Origin: an uncultured delta proteobacterium
Lineage (GTDB): Bacteria; Desulfobacterota; RBG-13-43-22
Direction of reading: 5' to 3'
Assembly: GCA_963802945.1 (NCBI GenBank)
Contig: CAWDKY010000030.1
Location: 160,001 to 224,000 of the forward strand
DNA length: 64,000 nucleotides
Shown here: positions 18,062 to 30,018 of the stretch, piece after piece
How the letters are laid out: every line of letters starts with the position of its first letter
How positions within the stretch are numbered: position 1 is the stretch's first letter
Notes under the pieces: model-generated
Seen by the model: only the letters and a program-made list of their open reading frames with translations
Databases searched by the model: none
What the model was told of the DNA's origin: nothing
Translations under genes and position numbers: made by a program

Positions 18062-18808
18062 TCATTGCGGTTTACTCCCTTCATGCAAACAAGTAATCCC
18101 GAAGGTTAGGGGAAAATTTAGGACATCCACCAATCCAATCTGTTCCATTTCTTGGCCCATTTCCTCCGGTGAAGGAAATTGGAGGATAGATTCAGCCAGA
18201 TAGAGATAGGCAGCCGGATCTTTGGTAAACCAGCGGGACAGGCGAGGAAGGATGTATTTTAAATAAGGAACATAGAACATTCGAAACCATTTATTTTTGG
18301 GTACAGTTAATTCCAACAAAAAAACTTTTCCCCCCGGCAGCAGGACTCGAACCATCTCTTCCAAAACCCTCCGGCGGTCGGGCATATTTCGAATACCAAA
18401 GGCCACAGTCAAGGCATCAAAACTCCCGTCAGGAAAAGGCAGGTTCATGGCATCGCCCTGTATCAAGGAAATACGCCCGGATAGACCCGAGGGTTCAATC
18501 TTGGCCGCAGCCGCATTCAGCATGGCTTTCGCAAAATCCAGGCCGAATACCCCGATTTGCGGATGATACCGGGCTGCATCTATCGCTACGTCTCCTGTCC
18601 CTGTGGCCAGGTCCAGAAGGCGGTGGGTGGAAAAAAAATTAATGCGTTGTATCAGAAATCGTCTCCAGGCTTTATCGCGGCCAGCGCTTAAAAAGTGATT
18701 CAGGAAATCATAACGGTCCGTCACCGAAGAGAAGATTCGTTGAACGATTTTAACCCGCTGTTCTTCAGACAAGTCTTTTATCGAAGGATAGGCATTTGAG
18801 AGAGGCAA
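18062..18808 (-). CDS. ubiE: UbiE/MenG menaquinone C-methyltransferase
   Basis: RYDFLNHFLS, LDLATGTGD, AFGIRN, YLYLAESI. Confidence 0.9.
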   Translation of the reverse strand: MPLSNAYPSIKDLSEEQRVKIVQRIFSSVTDRYDFLNHFLSAGRDKAWRRFLIQRINFFSTHRLLDLATGTGDVAIDAARYHPQIGVFGLDFAKAMLNAAAAKIEPSGLSGRISLIQGDAMNLPFPDGSFDALTVAFGIRNMPDRRRVLEEMVRVLLPGGKVFLLELTVPKNKWFRMFYVPYLKYILPRLSRWFTKDPAAYLYLAESILQFPSPEEMGQEMEQIGLVDVLNFPLTFGITCLHEGSKPQ

Positions 18809-18923
18809 TCCATTTATTCCGAACTAAAATTTATGGACCAAAACCTTCAGCGTGTTACCTGCTTGTTTTTCTTAGACTGAAGGACCTCAATACGGAGGTT
18901 GAAAAAAATGAATCGGCTGCCAA

Positions 18924-20843
18924 TCAACACGATTCCTTGCTTTCCCGGAGAAGCCTTTTATCTTCGACCCGCATGGTCACCTGAACAGCATCAAAATATT
19001 CCAATAAAGGGATGGTATATTTCCTTGAGGTTTGGGTCAAGTCCTTAAATTCCGGAGTGGTAATCTCGCCTTTTTCTTTAAGCCAATGAATCAACTTTTT
19101 CTTGAGTTCTTCTATGGCCTGCTTATGGAAATAAAGGTCCTCCTTGACCTTGACCAGTTTCCCCTCTTTGACCATCAATTCCAATACAAGCCTGGATTGC
19201 CCTTTGGTGAATTTTTCGGCCAGTTCCTTAAAATAGGGGGGCTGAAGCCCGCTTTTCAGGTAAACCTCCTCCAAAGAATCGCGGACCGTCTGTTGGTCTT
19301 CCTGTAGCTGGACCTTGTGGTTTATCAGGCGGACTAGTTCCTTTTCCTGAACCAAGATTTTCTGCTCTGCGAGCTGATTTAAAAGAAAATTAAAAAGCTT
19401 GGCCTCTCGAATCTGGGGCAGACGTGATTTTAATTCTTCTTTGAGCAATCCGGATTTCAAAGGATTGACTTGGTGATAACCTTCCAGTTCCTGTTCTATC
19501 GCCCGGCTCAAATTAGACAACTCCTGATGATGGATGACGATTTTATTTTCCTTGTCCCACTGAATGAGTATCTTCTGGGAAAGGAGTTCTTTAAGCAGTT
19601 CATCCAACTTTTTGGGAGGAAGAGGCAGGACTTGCCCCAAGGCCTGCCGGGACACCCCGGTTGCCCCGGCCAGGAGGACTTGCAGGGCCGCTCTTTTCCA
19701 AATCACTTCCGGATTGCAGAACCTGGAGTTGGCGAATAACCTCGGGATTAAAGCGCTTATGTTTGGCTGGTATCACATTTAAGACTTCGGCCCCGCCGAT
19801 GGTTTGAACCGGGGAATAACTGCGGATAACGGCTAGGTCTCCGGGTAACAAAGCCACCGATTCGCTAAAGCGTATCTGGCAAAACTGGGATTCTCCTGGT
19901 TTAATCTCCTCCCCTTCCAGGAGGATGACCCGTCCCAGGATTTCATTCGTCCCGCTGTGAAACCGTATCTGACTGCGCTGCTTCAAGGGCCTTTGAACGG
20001 AGGCCAGCAAGCGCATATGAATATCCAGCAACCGGGTCGGATGCAAACCCAGGGGAGAGGCGACTACATCCCCCCGGTTCACCGTGGCCTTTTCAATCCC
20101 TTGCAGATTAATAGCCGTTCGCAGACCGGCTCTGACCTGTTCAATATCCTTGATTGTGAACTTGGATTCCGCGGACCTTGGCCAGGATCTCCTGGGGATA
20201 AATAGTGCACCTGATCCCCCACGGATAGGCTGCCCGATATGGCCGTTCCGGTAATCACCGTACCAAAGCCCCGCATGGTAAAAACCCGGTCCACCGGCAG
20301 TCGGAAGATTCCGGCTGAAGGCCTTTCTTCAACTTCAGCCAAAAGCCTTTCCAAGACTGCCGTCAATTCAGAAATCCCCTGGCCGGTGGTTGATGAAACC
20401 GGGAGGATCGGAGCCCCTTCTAAAAAAGTCCCCTTTAAGAATTCCTTAATATCCTCCTGGACCAGTTCCAGCCAATCACGTTCGACCATGTCGATTTTGG
20501 TCAGGGCAACCAGCCCTTTTTTGATCCCCAGCAGGGAGCAAATATCCAGGTGTTCCCGGGTTTGAGGCATGACCCCTTCATCGGCGGCAATAATCAAAGC
20601 CACCAGGTCAATGGTGCTGGCTCCGGCCACCATATTTTTGATAAAGCGTTCGTGCCCGGGGACATCGATGATTCCCAATCGCTGACCGTTGGGCAGATCC
20701 AGAAAGGCAAAACCCAATTCAATGGTGATCCCCCGTTCTTTCTCCTCTTTAAGGCGGTCGGTGTCTATCCCCGTCAAGGCCTTGACCAGACTGGTCTTAC
20801 CGTGATCGATATGCCCTGCCGTACCGAGAATGATCTGTTTCAT
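18924..20843 (-). CDS. selB: Selenocysteine-specific elongation factor SelB (about 3 frameshifts)
   Basis: [24 protein letters not shown]-terminal winged helix [14 protein letters not shown]; split over successive frames near 20200, 20150 and 19700. Confidence 0.93.
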
Positions 20844-20889
20844 GGGTTTTCTTTCTTGATTGAATAACCGTTTACAAATTTACTAACTT

Positions 20890-21072
20890 TATAGGCTGAT
20901 CAAAAATGTCCAGATGCAAGGCGTCCGAAACCGGGAACCCGCCCCGAAGGGGTGGGACTGAGCGTTGCCCTCGACGCGAAGAAATTCCGAGGAAGGAGTC
21001 GTACATAAGAGTACGTCCGACTGACGAGGAATGAGGACAACACCGCAGATGGATGTTTTTCATCAGCCTGTA
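20890..21072. mobile_element. MITE-like element, family A
   Basis: TIRs ATAGGCTGATCAAAAATGTCCA / TGGATGTTTTTCATCAGCCTGT (18/22), TA at both ends; related copy ends at 54652. Confidence 0.7.
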
Positions 21073-21131
21073 CGTATTATCTCCCATCTCCCTTAAACCC
21101 TGTCAAGCCTAAAATATTTTTATTCCTTTCC

Positions 21132-21160
21132 TTTACAAAACCTGTTCTAATCCTTATAAT
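21132..21160 (+). promoter_or_regulatory. sigma70-type promoter for hsp20-lon
   Basis: TTTACA-N17-TATAAT. Confidence 0.6.
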
Positions 21161-21241
21161 AAATCATAAAAGGTTAATTTCAGGGCATCCCTTCCAGGTG
21201 ATCGCTCTTAACAATCACAAAAAGCAGAAGGAGAACCTAAG

Positions 21242-21664
21242 GTGGTTAGCGATTTGTCCCGACTTCATGGTCAAATGAGGCGTTTGATGGATGATATGCT
21301 CTATCAACTCAGCCCTCGTTTTTTACTTGACCAAAGAATATGGTCTCCCCAGATGGATGTTCTCGAAACACCCGAGGCTTTTATGGTTCTGGCCGAGGTC
21401 TCCGGGTTAAAAAAGGACGAAATCCAGGTTACCGTAAAAAGAAACATGGTCTATCTGTCCGGAAAAAGACAGAGGCCTCCCATGGCCAATGCCGTTCGTT
21501 ATCTTCAAATGGAAATCGAGTACGGCACCTTTGAACGGACTCTTGAATTGCCTGTTCTGGTTGATGAGTCCCGCATCGAAGCCCATTACAGAGACGGCTT
21601 GCTCACCGTGGTCTTGCCTAAGAAAATAGACCAAAAGAAAACTATACCCATTGAATCCGAATAA
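21242..21664 (+). CDS. Hsp20/alpha-crystallin protein
   Basis: EIEYGTFER..A.YRDGLLTVVLPK. Confidence 0.93.
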   Translation: MVSDLSRLHGQMRRLMDDMLYQLSPRFLLDQRIWSPQMDVLETPEAFMVLAEVSGLKKDEIQVTVKRNMVYLSGKRQRPPMANAVRYLQMEIEYGTFERTLELPVLVDESRIEAHYRDGLLTVVLPKKIDQKKTIPIESE

Positions 21665-21689
21665 AATTCGGTCTCAAATATAAGGAGTC

Positions 21690-24068
21690 GTGTTCATGGA
21701 AAACAACGAAACTTCTTTACCCCTCCAAACCCAGGTATTGACCATACCGGAAGAAATTCCTCTTTTACCTGTCATGGATGTCGCCTTGTTTCCCAAGATG
21801 GTAATGCCCCTGATGATCTGGGAAAAAAACTGGGTCCAACTGGTGGATGAGGCGCTGATGAAAGACCACCTGATCGGTCTGGTTATGGTACAAGGCAAAG
21901 GCCAAGACCCCCTAACCACCAAAGATCTATACTCTTATGGAACCGTGGGTTCCATTCTAAAGATGGCCAAGGTCCCTGAAGGAGGGGTCCGGCTTATGGT
22001 CCAAGGCCTTTCGCGGTTTAAGATCGCAGAATTTACGTCCACTAATCCCTATTTCAAGGCCCGGATAGAAGTCCTCAAAGACCTGTTGGAATCAGGCATA
22101 GAAACCGATGCCCTGTTAAACAGCGCCCGTGGCCTATTCATCAAGGTTCTGGATTTGTCTCCTTATCTTCCCTCGGAATTGGGACTCTTGGCCCAAAGTG
22201 TTGAAGACCCCGGTTCCCTGGCCGATATGGTTACCTCCACCTTGAATATCCCCAAGGAAGACAAACAGGACATTCTGGAAACCCTGGAGGTCAAACAACG
22301 TCTTCAAAAAATAACCGTGATTCTGACCAAGGAACTGGAGGTCTTGGAGCTGGGGAAAAAAATTCAATCCGAAGTTAAAGAGGGTATTGATAAAACACAA
22401 CGAGAATATTACCTCCGGGAACAGCTCAAGGCCATTCAAAAAGAGTTAGGGGAAAAGGATGAAAAATCCCTGGAAATTGACGAGTATCGAAAAAAAATCG
22501 TCGAACAGGGTTTATCCCCGGCTGCAGCCAAAGAAGCCGAAAGGGAACTGGACCGTCTTTCCCGTATGAATCCCGCTTCCCCGGAATATACGGTTGCCCT
22601 GTCCTATCTGGACTGGTTGACCGAACTGCCCTGGCAAATCCAGACCGAAGATAATCTGGACATTGAGGCCGCCGCAAAAGTTCTCGACGACGACCACTTT
22701 GATCTGGAAAAAGTCAAAAAAAGGATCCTGGAATACTTGGCCGTCCGCAAGCTTAAACCGGACATGAAAGGACCAATCCTTTGTTTTGCCGGTCCTCCGG
22801 GAACAGGCAAAACTTCTCTCGGGCGCTCTATTGCCCGCGCCCTGGGCCGGAAGTTTGTCCGCCTTTCCCTTGGTGGGGTTCGGGATGAAGCCGAAATAAG
22901 AGGACACCGAAGGACCTATGTTGGGGCCCTGCCCGGCAGGATCATCCAAAGCCTGAAGAAAGCCGGTTCCAACAATCCGGTCTTTATCCTGGATGAAATC
23001 GACAAAGTGGGAGCGGATTTTCGAGGGGATCCTTCTTCGGCCCTTTTAGAAGTCTTGGATCCGGAACAAAATTCTACCTTTTCCGATCACTACCTGGAGG
23101 TTGAATTCGACCTTTCCAAGGTGATGTTCATCACTACGGCCAATATCTTGGAAACCATTCCCCCGGCCTTGCGGGACCGTATGGAGGTCTTAGACCTCTC
23201 TGGTTATATTGAAGAAGAGAAGATCCAGATCGCCCAGAAACATCTTATTCCCAAGCAACTGAAGGAACACGGCCTGTCTGAAAAGATCCTCACCTTTAAT
23301 AAGAAAGCCCTCCAGGTTATAATTCGTTCTTACACCAGGGAGGCCGGCCTTCGCAATCTGGAAAGAGAAATCGCCTCCATCTGTCGGGGTGTGGCCAAAG
23401 AGGTGGCCGAGGGAAAAATTAAGTCCAAGAAAATAACCGAGAAAGATCTGCATCAATATTTAGGACCGGTCCATTTCTTTTCTGAAGTTGCCGAAAGGAC
23501 CCAGGAACCGGGGGTAGCCACGGGACTGGCCTGGACCCAGTCCGGAGGAGATATCCTTTTTGTCGAGGCCACAAAAATGCCTGGCCATAGAACCCTGACC
23601 CTGACCGGACAACTGGGAGATGTGATGAAAGAATCAGCCGGTGCGGCCTTAAGTTATATCCGCTCCAAGGCCGGGCAGTTGGGCATTCCGGAAGACTTTT
23701 ATGAAAAGAATGATCTTCACATCCATGTCCCGGCCGGGGCCATCCCTAAGGACGGCCCCTCAGCCGGAACAGCCATCATGACTGCTTTGACTTCTTTGTT
23801 GACCAATCGTCCGATACGCGGCAACCTGGCCATGACCGGGGAAATAACCCTGCGCGGTCTGGTCCTGCCGGTCGGTGGGATCAAGGAAAAAGTTTTGGCT
23901 GCCAAGCGGGCCGGGATCGTAACGGTTATCCTGCCCAAAAAAAACGAAAAGGATCTTGAGGAGATCGCCCCGCATCTAAAAAAAGGTTTAAAGTTTCATT
24001 TTGTCGAACGGATGGATGAGGTTATAGACCTGGCCCTTTGTAAAAATTCCAGGGCCTGTAAAAAATAA
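21690..24068 (+). CDS. lon: ATP-dependent protease La
   Basis: [33 protein letters not shown]. Confidence 0.98.
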   Translation: MFMENNETSLPLQTQVLTIPEEIPLLPVMDVALFPKMVMPLMIWEKNWVQLVDEALMKDHLIGLVMVQGKGQDPLTTKDLYSYGTVGSILKMAKVPEGGVRLMVQGLSRFKIAEFTSTNPYFKARIEVLKDLLESGIETDALLNSARGLFIKVLDLSPYLPSELGLLAQSVEDPGSLADMVTSTLNIPKEDKQDILETLEVKQRLQKITVILTKELEVLELGKKIQSEVKEGIDKTQREYYLREQLKAIQKELGEKDEKSLEIDEYRKKIVEQGLSPAAAKEAERELDRLSRMNPASPEYTVALSYLDWLTELPWQIQTEDNLDIEAAAKVLDDDHFDLEKVKKRILEYLAVRKLKPDMKGPILCFAGPPGTGKTSLGRSIARALGRKFVRLSLGGVRDEAEIRGHRRTYVGALPGRIIQSLKKAGSNNPVFILDEIDKVGADFRGDPSSALLEVLDPEQNSTFSDHYLEVEFDLSKVMFITTANILETIPPALRDRMEVLDLSGYIEEEKIQIAQKHLIPKQLKEHGLSEKILTFNKKALQVIIRSYTREAGLRNLEREIASICRGVAKEVAEGKIKSKKITEKDLHQYLGPVHFFSEVAERTQEPGVATGLAWTQSGGDILFVEATKMPGHRTLTLTGQLGDVMKESAGAALSYIRSKAGQLGIPEDFYEKNDLHIHVPAGAIPKDGPSAGTAIMTALTSLLTNRPIRGNLAMTGEITLRGLVLPVGGIKEKVLAAKRAGIVTVILPKKNEKDLEEIAPHLKKGLKFHFVERMDEVIDLALCKNSRACKK

Positions 24069-24279
24069 AGTTTGGATTGCAGAATGCGGATTTCGGATTG
24101 CGGAATAAAGACCATATTAAAATGTTGAAATTTAAAAAACAGCAACTATTTTTCTTCAGAGGACAGATAGCTAACTAGTTCTTGACGTTTTTATTCTGGC
24201 TTCTAAATTCTGGATTCAATCCGTTTCATTGATCCAGAAAAATGATGAGAAATACAAATTCGGGAAAGATATAAAAAGA

Positions 24280-25170
24280 GTGAATCAGTTCATTGACCTC
24301 CATACCCATTCCACCGCCTCCGATGGCAGCCTGTCGCCTGAAGACTTGGTTGCTTATGCCAAAAGAAAAAAGGCGGCGGCCATTGCCTTGACCGATCACG
24401 ACACTATTGATGGGCTTGAAGCGGCCATGACCGCTGGTAAAAAACAGGGGCTTGAGGTTATTCCCGGTCTAGAAATCAGTGCCCAATACCCCAAAGGCAC
24501 CATGCACATACTGGGTTACTATATTGATCCTTCTGACCCGCTGTTGAATCGAGAGCTTCAACAGCTTCAAGAAGCCCGTATGGAAAGGAACCCCAAGATC
24601 ATCCGCAAGCTTCAGTCCCTGGGAGTTCCCATTTCTTTTGATCAAGTTCAGGCTTTGGCCAAAGGTCAAATCGGCCGTCCTCATATTGCTCAGGTCCTTC
24701 TTCAAATAGGCGCGGTGTCTTCTTTCGAAGAAGCATTTCAAAAATATTTAGCTAAAGGGGCCCTGGCCTATGTGGAAAAATTTCGGTTTTCTCCCCGAAA
24801 ATCTATCTCCCTGATTCTTCAAGCAGGAGGAATCCCGGTGTTGGCCCATCCTTTCACTTTAAATTGCCCTTCGTTAAGAGACCTCAAAGTATTGGTTGAA
24901 AAATTAAAAGGTGAAGGCCTTAAAGGGATAGAAGTGTTGTATTCCGAACATACACCCGACCAGACCCGCAACTATTTTTCGCTGGTCAAAGAGTTGAATC
25001 TTATTTATACTGGTGGCAGCGATTTCCACGGAGACATGAATAAGGACGTGGATCTCCTTACCGGAACAGGGGATTTGAAGATCCCCTACCAGATTATTGA
25101 GGATCTAAAGGCCTTGAAAGAAGGTACCAGGAGAAAGGTTAAAGGTTCGAGGAAAAATTCAATACCATAA
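24280..25170 (+). CDS. PHP-domain phosphoesterase
   Basis: DLHTHSTASDG, TDHD, LAHP, GGSDFHG. Confidence 0.92.
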   Translation: MNQFIDLHTHSTASDGSLSPEDLVAYAKRKKAAAIALTDHDTIDGLEAAMTAGKKQGLEVIPGLEISAQYPKGTMHILGYYIDPSDPLLNRELQQLQEARMERNPKIIRKLQSLGVPISFDQVQALAKGQIGRPHIAQVLLQIGAVSSFEEAFQKYLAKGALAYVEKFRFSPRKSISLILQAGGIPVLAHPFTLNCPSLRDLKVLVEKLKGEGLKGIEVLYSEHTPDQTRNYFSLVKELNLIYTGGSDFHGDMNKDVDLLTGTGDLKIPYQIIEDLKALKEGTRRKVKGSRKNSIP

Positions 25171-25289
25171 ACTTTGATTCCTTGAAGCCTTCGAATCCTG
25201 AAATCATCGAGATCCGTTTCAATAATAAGATAAGTAAAATCAAAAAAATTAGAGTTTCACCTGACATTTAAATCAAGAATGAACCGGAC

Positions 25290-26177
25290 ATGACTTTGAC
25301 CTTCAAGCCCCTTTCTCTTGACCATAAACCGGAAATCGAAGCACTCCTCTCTCAGAATCCCCCATTAATTTCTGAGTTGACCTTTACCAATCTTTACATC
25401 TGGAGATTTTATTATCGGTTTCAGGTTGCCAGTCATCAAGGATTCATGACCCTCCTGGCCCAGCCCGCGGGGACCACCCCCTATTTCTTCCCACCCATAG
25501 GGAAAGTGGATATCCAGACCTGGGTCTACGATTGTCTGGCCTATTGTAAAACCCAATCGTTTTCGCCCCATTTCTCCAGAATTCCTGAGTCGATCATCAA
25601 AGGACTTCCTCATTTTCCTGGCCTAACAACCGTCCTGGATCGGGATAATAGCGATTACGTCTATCGGATCGATAAGTTAATCCGCCTTTCCGGCAATAAA
25701 TACCATACCTTGAAAAACCATATCAATCGCTTTAATAAAAGACATGCCTGGGAGTACCTTCCTCTAACTCCAGATCTGATTGAAGAATGCCTGACCCTGC
25801 AGGAAGAATGGTGCCGTTCGAAAAATTGTCTTGAATCCCACGGTCTGTTAAGTGAGGACCAGGCCATCAGTGAATCCCTTAAAAAATTTGATTTATTAAA
25901 TTACAAAGGGGGTGTGATCCGAATCCGGGATAAAGTTGAGGCCTTTACCCTGGGAGAACTTTTAAATCCCGAGACCGTGGTCATTCACATTGAAAAAGCC
26001 AATCCGGAACTTCCCGGTCTTTATCCTATACTTCAACAGAAGTTTTTAGAACAGGAATGGGCTCCTCTCCCTTTTGTTAATCGCGAGCAGGATTTAGGGA
26101 TCGAGGGTTTACGAAAGTCTAAGCTTTCCTATCATCCTGAATTTATGATTGACAAATATCGGGTTTATTCAGCCTAG
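25290..26177 (+). CDS. DUF2156 / aminoacyl-phosphatidylglycerol synthase C-terminal-like protein
   Basis: DYVY..L.G.KY, HIEKAN, NREQDLGIEGLRKSKLSYHP. Confidence 0.88.
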   Translation: MTLTFKPLSLDHKPEIEALLSQNPPLISELTFTNLYIWRFYYRFQVASHQGFMTLLAQPAGTTPYFFPPIGKVDIQTWVYDCLAYCKTQSFSPHFSRIPESIIKGLPHFPGLTTVLDRDNSDYVYRIDKLIRLSGNKYHTLKNHINRFNKRHAWEYLPLTPDLIEECLTLQEEWCRSKNCLESHGLLSEDQAISESLKKFDLLNYKGGVIRIRDKVEAFTLGELLNPETVVIHIEKANPELPGLYPILQQKFLEQEWAPLPFVNREQDLGIEGLRKSKLSYHPEFMIDKYRVYSA

Positions 26178-26960
26178 ATGAAGCAACCTTCCAGTCAACT
26201 GATTTTTCTCGGGACCGGCACCGGCGTTCCCTCCTCAGATCGTGCCTCCCCTGCCCTGCTCCTGAAACTTCAAAAAACCAATCTTCTCATCGACCTCGGC
26301 CCAGGCGCCTTAAGACAATTATCCAGGGTTTCTGTTAAAATAACAGAAATAGATTATATCCTATTAACCCATCTCCATCCGGATCATAGTTCCGACCTGG
26401 CTCCTTTTCTCTTTGGCACCAAATATCCTCCTTTTCTTAGTGACCGGAGGCCCTTCCATTTATTGGCCGGATCCGCTTTTGAACCTTTTTTTGAGAGGCT
26501 TAAGGCCCTTTATGGGCAATGGATAGAGTTGCCTGAGGGCCTATTAAAGGTTCTTCCTCTTCCCCAGGACAGGCCCTGTGAAAAAAATTTCTCATCGTTC
26601 AGTCTCTGCAGTGCCCCGGTTGGCCATTCTTCTTCCAGTCTGGGCTATAGAATCAACCTACATGACAATAGAAAGGCCCTTGTCTTTTCAGGTGATACGG
26701 ACTATTCTACCTCTTTAGTGGAACTGGCTAAAAATTCAGACTTGTTAGTTTTGGAATGTTCTTTTCCCGAAGGCCAAAAGGTGGAGGGGCATCTAACACC
26801 CTCCCTGGCCGGGAGGATCGCCCGGGAGGCCGGGGTTAAAGAGTTGGTTCTGACTCATTTTTATCCTGACTGCCAAGACCGAGATCTGATCGGCCCCTGC
26901 GCTCGGGAATACAGCGGTCCAATCACCTTGGCCGAGGATTTTCTATCCATTTCAATATAG
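26178..26960 (+). CDS. MBL-fold hydrolase, RNase Z-like
   Basis: FLGTG, THLHPDH, SGDT, GHL, LTHFYP. Confidence 0.88.
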   Translation: MKQPSSQLIFLGTGTGVPSSDRASPALLLKLQKTNLLIDLGPGALRQLSRVSVKITEIDYILLTHLHPDHSSDLAPFLFGTKYPPFLSDRRPFHLLAGSAFEPFFERLKALYGQWIELPEGLLKVLPLPQDRPCEKNFSSFSLCSAPVGHSSSSLGYRINLHDNRKALVFSGDTDYSTSLVELAKNSDLLVLECSFPEGQKVEGHLTPSLAGRIAREAGVKELVLTHFYPDCQDRDLIGPCAREYSGPITLAEDFLSISI

Positions 26961-27092
26961 GGTCCCTGATATAATTAATAACTTGATGATTTATGTTTAA
27001 CTTACTGTTTTTATGATTTTTAAATATTTTAATCTGGATTTCATTCTTCAATCCGAAATCCGCAATTTGAAATTAAAATAGGGGTGCTTAAA

Positions 27093-27332
27093 ATGTCTGA
27101 AAAAAAGGGCAAGCTGATTCACATTGACCGAACCCAGAAACAAGTGGTGGACATCTTGGAAAGATTAAGTGAAGAACAAGAAAATATGAAGGAACTGATT
27201 GTTTTTTATATGGATAAGGAAGGAGTTTATCATTCCCTTTCTTCGGACATCAACGATGAGATCTATTTGGCGGGGATACTGCATTCCATGGTCAATAACC
27301 TGCTTTACGATGCCTCCGAACCTGAAGATTAA
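27093..27332 (+). CDS. Small acidic hypothetical protein
   Basis: 79-aa ORF filling an intergenic gap; no recognised motif. Confidence 0.6.
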   Translation: MSEKKGKLIHIDRTQKQVVDILERLSEEQENMKELIVFYMDKEGVYHSLSSDINDEIYLAGILHSMVNNLLYDASEPED

Positions 27333-27436
27333 TTGATGGTTTCAATATTTCCCTTAATAATATTATTGATTTTCCCCTTCTAAATTCTTTCTACTGGATT
27401 CTGAATGCTTAACTTTTCAATATCTTTTAATGAGTT

Positions 27437-27810
27437 TTATTGCTCCCCAACCAGTTTTCGATACAACTTTTCAACATTTTTTCGGGTTACATGATCCCGA
27501 TGCATACGGAAGCCCCCTCCAAAGGTCTCTGGGATATGCATCAGTTCATGGATCAGGATCTTGATTTGTTCCTCTTCAGACAGGCGATCGTAATTTTCAG
27601 TTAATATCTCTATGACATAATGGGCATCTATTCCCAGGGCCAGCTGCATCACCTTGGGCAGGGCATGACACCTGGCTATGACCCCTTTTCCGGTGGAGCC
27701 GTAACTTCGCACCCCCTTGACTCGATCCAATCAATATAGTTCATTTTCAGCCGACGAGAAATCCGTTTTAGTTTCGATTCTATGTCCGGGGCCATTTCAT
27801 ATCGAATCAT
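27437..27810 (-). CDS. Small HExxH putative metallopeptidase (frameshift near 27730)
   Basis: MIRYEMAPDI.. joined to DRVKGVRSYGS..ARCHALP..HELMHIP. Confidence 0.8.
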
Positions 27811-27854
27811 GTTTGTTTTTTCCTGTCATCTCGTTATTTTTATTTTAAAAAAAT

Positions 27855-28834
27855 CTAATTCTTCCGCTCTACCACAAAATCAGCCAGATCAATTAAGGTC
27901 TGTCGATCCTTCGTTGGGTTGAATTTTTGAAGCAGTCCTTTCGCCTTATCCTGGGACTTTAATGCTTCCCCCCGGGCATACTCAAACCCACCATACGCCT
28001 TAATCAGGTCAAAAAGAAACCGAAAATCTTCATCGGTAAAAGGATCTTTTTTTGAAATGGCTTTGATTTTCGTTTTATCTTTTTCAGAACAAACCGTCAA
28101 GGCATGAATAAGGGGCAAGGTAATTTTGCCTTCTTTAAAATCATTGCCCACAGGTTTGCCTAATTCATTTTGGGTGGAGGTATAATCCAGAAGATCATCG
28201 ATGAGTTGGAAGGCTATGCCCAATTCCAGGCCGTATTGGGTCAGGGCCTCTTGGTCTTCGACGCCGGCCCCTGCCCCAGATGGCCCCGGTCTGACAAGCG
28301 GCGGATATAAGAATAGCCGTCTTATTGATCAATATTTCCTTGTAGATCTCCTCTTCAACCTCAAAGTTATAGTTGTGAATCAGTTCCAAGACCATGCCTT
28401 CGGCCATCCTGGTGGTGGTCTTGGAGAGGACATCTAAAAACTGAAGATTTGCGGTTTCCACTGCCAGAGAAAAGGATTTGGCCAGCAAGAAATCGCCTAC
28501 TAAAACCGAGGCCGGATTACCCCAAAGGGCATTGGCCGAGGTTTTACCCCTCCGGATAGCAGCGTTGTCAATAACATCATCGTGAAGCAAAGTGGCGGCG
28601 TGGAGGTATTCAAAAATAGAAGAAAAATAATAGGCCCGTTCTCCGGAATACCCGCAGAGCCGGGAACAGAGGACAAAAAGCAGGGCCCTGAGTCTTTTTC
28701 CGCCACCTAAAAGGATATGCTGATTGATCTCCGAGATTAACGGTATATGGGATTTAAGGTTTTCCTCCAGATAAAATTGAACTTTATCTATATCCAGTTG
28801 TATTTGTTCGCTTAATCGGTCGGTAGAGGTTCAT
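27855..28834 (-). CDS. Polyprenyl diphosphate synthase (IspB/HepT-like; 2 frameshifts)
   Basis: GGKRLR, LHDDVID, GIAFQLIDDLLD, GNDFKEGKITLP. Confidence 0.9.
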
Positions 28835-29230
28835 AGAGGGCGTCTGGCGAAACACTTTTTTGTCAATTTCATTTTTTTATTTTGTTTTTATCTGAAAATG
28901 GACAAACTGTCAAAAAAAATATCTGGAGATAAGAAAAAAGGGCCCTTTCTTTTCAAGAGGAACGATAATTCCTTCAAGTTTTTAGTATGGTATCATACTG
29001 TCAGGACATTGACCATTCCCAATTTTCCTCCTGCTGTCCCTATTGTCCAAGTGGAAAGAATAAGAATCATTTAATAAAAATGGAATAGGCATCCTTTAAA
29101 ATTGGTCAATGTTTTTATTGACAAATTAAGTGGTTATGATATTTGTAACTTAAAAGTAATTATATGGAACATTTTTATTGAGACCCAGATAGAAACTCAT
29201 CCTCGGCGGACGAAGTTTAGGGGAATAAAA

Positions 29231-29755
29231 ATGAAAACATTGGGCCCTATTCCATTGAAGAAAACGGATAAAAGAATAAAATTGAACATTACGGAGTTGC
29301 CGATCGATTACCGGTCTATTTGTGACCAATCCCATGTCGGCCTCTATATGCTCCAAGACGGCCGCTTGATTTATGTCAACTCGTATCTCTGCACCATTTT
29401 GGGTTATGAGCGGCCCGATGAACTGATCGGCAAAACCTTCCAAGATCTGGTTTATCCCGGCGACCACAAACGATATAATCTGGAAATCCAGGCATTCAAA
29501 GATGTCGAAACAATCGGCGAGAATGTCTTTCGGATGTCCAGAAAGGATGGAACCGCCGTCTGGGTGCGCACGGACAGCAGCAGCACGATTCTGGATGGCA
29601 AAGAGACTCATTTCGGCCATCTGAATGATATCAACAAATTTATGGAAGTGGAAAGGGCCTACCGGGCTTCTTTGCATAGATATCGAAAAATATTTGAACA
29701 GAAAGAAAAAGATTGCCGCGCCATTCGATCTGAGAATGACCTGCAAAACCATTAA
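29231..29755 (+). CDS. PAS-domain protein with no output domain
   Basis: YVNSYLCTILGY..ELIGK..LVYPGD, RKDGTAVWV. Confidence 0.8.
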   Translation: MKTLGPIPLKKTDKRIKLNITELPIDYRSICDQSHVGLYMLQDGRLIYVNSYLCTILGYERPDELIGKTFQDLVYPGDHKRYNLEIQAFKDVETIGENVFRMSRKDGTAVWVRTDSSSTILDGKETHFGHLNDINKFMEVERAYRASLHRYRKIFEQKEKDCRAIRSENDLQNH

Positions 29756-30018
29756 ATTCATTTCAGAACCTCGAGGAATAGTTCCATTTTCCTAATTCTT
29801 AAGAAAAGGTGCTCAGCACCTTATTTGAGGAAAGGTATGAGATTATTTTATGCTGGAGAAGAGTTCATCATTTTTAGAAAGAGAAAATGGTCCCATATCA
29901 CCTGAGTTGCCCCCGGCAGGAAATGGAGCTCTGCCGGGGGCGCCCAAGCATCAAGCTCAAGGAGGGAAAAGAAATTCAGGAGGACTCACTATTTCAAAAT
30001 CAAAAAAGGAGAAATTCA

